64,000 bases of DNA, from NCBI GenBank assembly GCA_020724585.1, contig DYGS01000001.1:66893-130892 (forward strand), read 5' to 3'. The notes under the pieces are model-generated. The model did not search any database. It was not told where the DNA came from and saw only the letters and a program-made list of their open reading frames with translations. Position numbers and translations under genes: made by a program. Below are positions 59,636-64,000 of this stretch, piece by piece. The DNA is from Candidatus Microgenomatus sp. GTDB taxonomy: Bacteria > Patescibacteriota > Microgenomatia > UBA8517. How positions within the stretch are numbered: the stretch's first letter is position 1; every line of letters begins with the position of its first letter.

Positions 59636-61291
59636 GTGAAGACTTTTAAAAATTTAATATTCGGCAAACAACACACTGTTTTGTCAGCGGCGACTTTAAT
59701 CATGGCGATGATTGTTGTCTCAAGACTTTTAGGACTTGTCAGGCAGAGAGTTTTGGCTCATTTTTTCACCTCTACAGAATTAAGTTTGTTCTTTGCCGCT
59801 TTCCGTCTTCCCGATACTATTTTTGAAGTGTTGGTTTTTGGTACTTTTGCTTCGGCTTTTATTCCAGTTTTTACAAAAGCCATGAAAACATCAAGATATA
59901 AAGCTTCTAAAATTGCAGGTATTGTTGCAAATTGGGGTTTTTTAATTTTTTCAGTATTAGCCTTAATAGTTGTGATATATGCCAATCAGATTTATAAAAT
60001 TTTAACTCCAGGTTTTGATGTTTCTGATCAAATTCAGATTGCAAAATTTGCAAGAATACTGTTTGTTGCACAAGGTTTTTTTGTGGTTTCATATGTAGCA
60101 ACTGCCGTTTTAGAATCGTCGAAGCGTTTTTTTATTCCCGCAGTTGCTCCTCTTTTCTATAACTTAGGAATTATATTAATAACAGTCGTCTTTGCAGAAA
60201 AATACGGGTTATACGCGCCGGTTTTTGGTGTTGTGGCAGGTGCTTTTCTACATTTTGCAATTCAATTGCCGTTTGCGGTCAAGTCTGGTTTTAAATTTGG
60301 GTCAAGTTTAAAAATTACTCCCGAAGTTAGAAAAATTGCCAAACTATCAATCCCTAGAATAGTTGAAATATCTTTCTTACAGGTTGCAAAATTTGTTGAA
60401 TTAACTTTAGCTTCGTTGATTTCACCTTCGGCATATACATACTTTACATTTGGGAATACAATACAGCTTCTACCCGTTGGGTTATTTGGTACATCGATTG
60501 CCAAGGCGGCTCTACCTACACTCTCATCACAGAGTGACGATTTAGATTTATTCAAAAAAACTTTATTTAAGACATTAAACCAAATCGTTTTTTTAATGAC
60601 CCCCGTTGTTGCTTTTTTTATTGTTGCTAGAATTCCAATTGTAAGACTTGTTTTTGGTACCGACATTTTTTCCTGGAGCTCAACTGTTGAAACTTCTCTG
60701 GTTGTTTCCGCCTTTGCTGTAGGAATTTTTTCCCAAGCTGCAAACTCAATCTTGGCAAGAAGTTTTTACGCTCTTCATGATACTAAAACTCCTGTTAAAG
60801 TATCTATCCTTGCTTTGTTAATAAACATTGGTTTAGATATCTTGTTTGTTTTAGTTTATAAACTACCCATTTGGAGTTTGGCAGCGGCTTTTTCCTTTTC
60901 TTCCATAATTCAATCAATTGCCCTATATTTTTTGATTTTAAAGAGAATCAACAATGGTGCGTTTAATCTGTTATATATTCCAATTGTAAAGTCGGTTATA
61001 AGCGGTTTGATTTCGGGTTTTACGATGTTTTTTATATTGAAGTTTTTTGATAAATCAGTTTGGATTAAAAAGCTGTCTTTTATATCAAATCTTGACCTGC
61101 CTTTTGAAAAATTTGTATTGGATACTAGATATGCCAGCAACCTATTGTTACTGACGATGATTGTTGGAATAATAGGTTTTAGCGTTTATATCATAGTTTT
61201 GAAAATTCTTAAGTCCCATGAACTTGAAGTTTTTATAAATCTTTTAAAAAGATCAATCTCTGGTCAAAAGTTTTCAACTTTAACTACTTGA
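59636..61291 (+). CDS. murJ: Lipid II flippase MurJ/MviN
   Basis: SRLLGLVR, AFRLPD, SAFIPVF, FYALHDTKTP. Confidence 0.92.
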   Translation: MKTFKNLIFGKQHTVLSAATLIMAMIVVSRLLGLVRQRVLAHFFTSTELSLFFAAFRLPDTIFEVLVFGTFASAFIPVFTKAMKTSRYKASKIAGIVANWGFLIFSVLALIVVIYANQIYKILTPGFDVSDQIQIAKFARILFVAQGFFVVSYVATAVLESSKRFFIPAVAPLFYNLGIILITVVFAEKYGLYAPVFGVVAGAFLHFAIQLPFAVKSGFKFGSSLKITPEVRKIAKLSIPRIVEISFLQVAKFVELTLASLISPSAYTYFTFGNTIQLLPVGLFGTSIAKAALPTLSSQSDDLDLFKKTLFKTLNQIVFLMTPVVAFFIVARIPIVRLVFGTDIFSWSSTVETSLVVSAFAVGIFSQAANSILARSFYALHDTKTPVKVSILALLINIGLDILFVLVYKLPIWSLAAAFSFSSIIQSIALYFLILKRINNGAFNLLYIPIVKSVISGLISGFTMFFILKFFDKSVWIKKLSFISNLDLPFEKFVLDTRYASNLLLLTMIVGIIGFSVYIIVLKILKSHELEVFINLLKRSISGQKFSTLTT

Positions 61292-61297
61292 CAAGAC

Positions 61298-61324
61298 TTA
61301 GCACTCATATTAACATAGTGCTAG
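61298..61324. promoter_or_regulatory. CIRCE operator overlapping the hrcA promoter
   Basis: TTAGCACTC-N9-TAGTGCTAG; TTGACA at 61288; ATG at 61326. Confidence 0.88.
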
Positions 61325-61325
61325 T

Positions 61326-62051
61326 ATGAATTCATTAACTTCAAGACAGACGCAGATTTTAAAAGCTTTAATTGATGAATATATTGATACTGCCGAGCCC
61401 GTTGGTTCCGATGCGTTGGAAAAAAAGTATAATTTGGGGGTTTCCCCTGCAACTATTAGAAATGAGATGGTTAATTTAACAAAGAATGGATTTTTGAAAC
61501 AGCCTCACACATCGGCTGGCCGAGTTCCGACTCCGGGAGCAATGAAGTTTTATGTAGATCAATTAATGGAGGAAAAACAGTTAAGTTTAGCTGATGAAGT
61601 TAAGGCCAAAGAGGAAGTTTGGGATGCAAGAGGTGATCTTGATAAACTTTTAGACGAAGCTACCCATTCACTAGCTCAAAGAACAGGAGGTATGGCGGTT
61701 GCTGCGACCGAAGATGGGGAGGTTTGGCAGGCGGGTTGGGCAAATATATTTAGTTATCCGGAGTTTAATGATCACGCACTTTGCGCCTCGTTATTTGGGT
61801 TTGTTGATGAGGAAGATCAATTGGTTGATTTATTTTTTAATAAGTTTCCAACAGAATCTATATTTGATGTTTTGTTTGCTGAAGAAATCGGTTTTAGAAA
61901 TTTACCGGTTGGAATAGTAGCTGCCCATTTTAAAGCCAAGAATAGAAATGGAGCGCTTGGAGTAATTGGCCCAGTTAGGCAATCATATCAAAGGGTTGTT
62001 CCCACAATTAGATATTATAGGGACATGTTGGAAGAAATTATAAATTTATAA
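61326..62051 (+). CDS. hrcA: Heat-inducible transcription repressor HrcA (short form)
   Basis: [32 protein letters not shown]. Confidence 0.93.
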   Translation: MNSLTSRQTQILKALIDEYIDTAEPVGSDALEKKYNLGVSPATIRNEMVNLTKNGFLKQPHTSAGRVPTPGAMKFYVDQLMEEKQLSLADEVKAKEEVWDARGDLDKLLDEATHSLAQRTGGMAVAATEDGEVWQAGWANIFSYPEFNDHALCASLFGFVDEEDQLVDLFFNKFPTESIFDVLFAEEIGFRNLPVGIVAAHFKAKNRNGALGVIGPVRQSYQRVVPTIRYYRDMLEEIINL

Positions 62052-62074
62052 GCGGAGCTTGAAATATAAATATT

Positions 62075-62569
62075 ATGATAAAAACTCAAAAAATCAAAAA
62101 ATCAAAAACTCAAGGTGTTGAGACGGAACAATTAAAAAACCAGTTGGCGAGAGCCATGGCAGATTACGACAATTTGAAAAAAAGAAGCGAGGAGGAAAGA
62201 ACTCAAATGTATAAATTGGCCAGTATTTCTTTCATGACAAAAATACTTCCGATTATCGACAATTTGAAAGCTGCACAAAATCATATTAAAGATAGCGGAA
62301 TTGCAATGATCATAGGACAACTCGAAACACTGGCCAAAGAGGAAGGTTTTGAAGAAATAAAAATTAATACGGGCGATAAGTTTGACGAGAATATTGCGGA
62401 GGCGGTTGAGACTATTGAAACTGATGACGAAAAGTTGAATAATACAATTTCGGAAGTAGTACTTTCAGGATGGAAATATTCTGATGGTACAGTTGTAAGA
62501 CATGCAAGGGTTAAAGTATACAAATACGAAGTACGAAATCCGAAATCCGAGACAAGTCAAAATGTTTAA
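62075..62569 (+). CDS. grpE: Nucleotide exchange factor GrpE
   Basis: RAMADYDNLKKR, LPIIDNL, VVRHARVKV. Confidence 0.92.
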   Translation: MIKTQKIKKSKTQGVETEQLKNQLARAMADYDNLKKRSEEERTQMYKLASISFMTKILPIIDNLKAAQNHIKDSGIAMIIGQLETLAKEEGFEEIKINTGDKFDENIAEAVETIETDDEKLNNTISEVVLSGWKYSDGTVVRHARVKVYKYEVRNPKSETSQNV

Positions 62570-62642
62570 AAATTTAAAATTTAAAAAATTAAATATTGTT
62601 TCGAGTTTCGAAATTGGAATTTCGAGTTTATAATATAAATGT

Positions 62643-64000
62643 ATGAGTAAAATTATCGGAATTGATTTAGGTACAACAAATTCATGTGTGGCTGTAATGG
62701 AGGGTGGACAAGCAAAAGTTATCCCCGCTTCCGATACTGGCAAAAATACCACGCCTTCAGTTGTTGAATTAATTAAAAATTTGGTAGGCGATGTTGCCAA
62801 GAGACAAATGATTTTGAATCCTGCAAATACTTTGTTCTCTGTTAAAAGGCTGATGGGTCGAAGATACGATGATTCAGAGGTTGAAAGGACCAAGAAGATT
62901 GTTTCCTACAAGATTGTTAAGGGCAAGAATGGAATGGCTGAAGTTGAAGTCGAAGGTAAAACATACACTCCACAGGAGATTGGCGCGCGGGTTTTAATGA
63001 AGCTTAAAAAAGATGCTGAAAAGTATTTGGGTGAAGAAGTAACTCAGGCTGTAATCACAGTTCCCGCTTATTTTGATGATTCACAAAGGCAGGCGACAAA
63101 ACAGGCAGGAGAGATTGCAGGTCTTAAAGTTGAGAGAATAATAAATGAGCCAACAGCTGCTGCTCTTGCTTATGGTTTGGATAAAAAGAAAGCTGAGAAG
63201 ATTGCTGTCTACGATTTAGGTGGTGGAACCTTTGATATATCAATTCTTGAGCTTGGGGATGGAGTTTTTGAGGTTAAAGCCACAAACGGCGATACGCATC
63301 TTGGAGGAGATGATTTTGATGAGAAAATTGTTGACTATATTGCTGATGAATTCAAGAAGGAATATGCGGTTGATTTAAGACAAGATAAACAAGCACTTCA
63401 GAGAATAAGAGACGCCGCCGAAAAAGCTAAAATTGAGTTGACAGCGTCGGAAGAAGTTGAAATAAACCAGCCGTATATTACTCAAAAGGACGGTCAACCT
63501 CTTCATTTGACAATGAAGTTAACTAGGGCAAAATATGAGGCCTTGGTTGATGATTTGATTCAAAAGACAATCAAGCCTGTTGAGGCTGCCCTAAAAGATG
63601 CTGGTCTAAAAGCTTCCGATATTAACGAGGTTATTTTGGTCGGAGGAATGACCAGAACACCTAAAGTTATTGAAGAAGTTAAAAAGTTTTTTGGCAAAGA
63701 ACCAAACAAATCAGTCAATCCTGATGAAGTGGTTGCAATTGGTGCTGCGATTCAGGCGGGAGTTTTAGCGGGTGATGTTAAAGACATACTTCTTTTGGAT
63801 GTAACCCCCTTAACATTAGGGATTGAAACAATGGGAGGTGTAGCAACACCGATGATCCCAAGAAACACAACTGTTCCAACTTCAAAAACTGAGGTTTTCT
63901 CAACGGCTGCCGATAATCAAACACAAGTCGAAATACACATAACACAAGGAGAGAGACCGCTTTCAGCAGACAACAAATCGCTAGGCAGATTTATACTTGA
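62643..64000 (+). CDS. dnaK: Chaperone DnaK (3'-truncated by window edge; not in the ORF track)
   Basis: [45 protein letters not shown]. Confidence 0.98.
   Translation, partial: MSKIIGIDLGTTNSCVAVMEGGQAKVIPASDTGKNTTPSVVELIKNLVGDVAKRQMILNPANTLFSVKRLMGRRYDDSEVERTKKIVSYKIVKGKNGMAEVEVEGKTYTPQEIGARVLMKLKKDAEKYLGEEVTQAVITVPAYFDDSQRQATKQAGEIAGLKVERIINEPTAAALAYGLDKKKAEKIAVYDLGGGTFDISILELGDGVFEVKATNGDTHLGGDDFDEKIVDYIADEFKKEYAVDLRQDKQALQRIRDAAEKAKIELTASEEVEINQPYITQKDGQPLHLTMKLTRAKYEALVDDLIQKTIKPVEAALKDAGLKASDINEVILVGGMTRTPKVIEEVKKFFGKEPNKSVNPDEVVAIGAAIQAGVLAGDVKDILLLDVTPLTLGIETMGGVATPMIPRNTTVPTSKTEVFSTAADNQTQVEIHITQGERPLSADNKSLGRFIL

Overview
AT-rich, gene-dense bacterial chromosome segment (genetic code 11) spanning the replication origin. 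Gene content and style point to a Patescibacteria/CPR genome, most like Microgenomates; this is inference, not a database result. From left to right: the end of a monoderm-type T4SS-like operon (PrgI-like, VirB4, and a large membrane protein with an HExxH domain); dnaN-oriC-dnaA / rpmH-rnpA-yidD-yidC-jag; rplY; valS; tsaD and a tsaC-tsaE fusion; groES-groEL; tRNA-Cys; hsp20; cell-envelope glycosyltransferases; metG; rmuC with an inserted AbiE-type TA pair; two UvrD-family helicases; two FemABX genes; a GT-C/PMT + surface-protein + pilNO cluster; rpsT; murJ; and hrcA-grpE-dnaK (partial). The most unusual signals are below gene level. (1) More than 20 degenerate 7-bp and 8-bp tandem arrays, many read through in frame inside core genes. 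(2) Two insertions (at tsaD and rmuC) that each leave a diverged duplicate of the host gene's 3' tail; one carries a pair of small Cys-rich paralogues, the other a TA module. (3) Two copies of an IS200/IS605-end-like double-hairpin element. (4) A Cys-rich surface module flanked by perfect in-frame 30-bp repeats. (5) Many probable leaderless genes. All coordinates and counts were read by eye; no searches were run.
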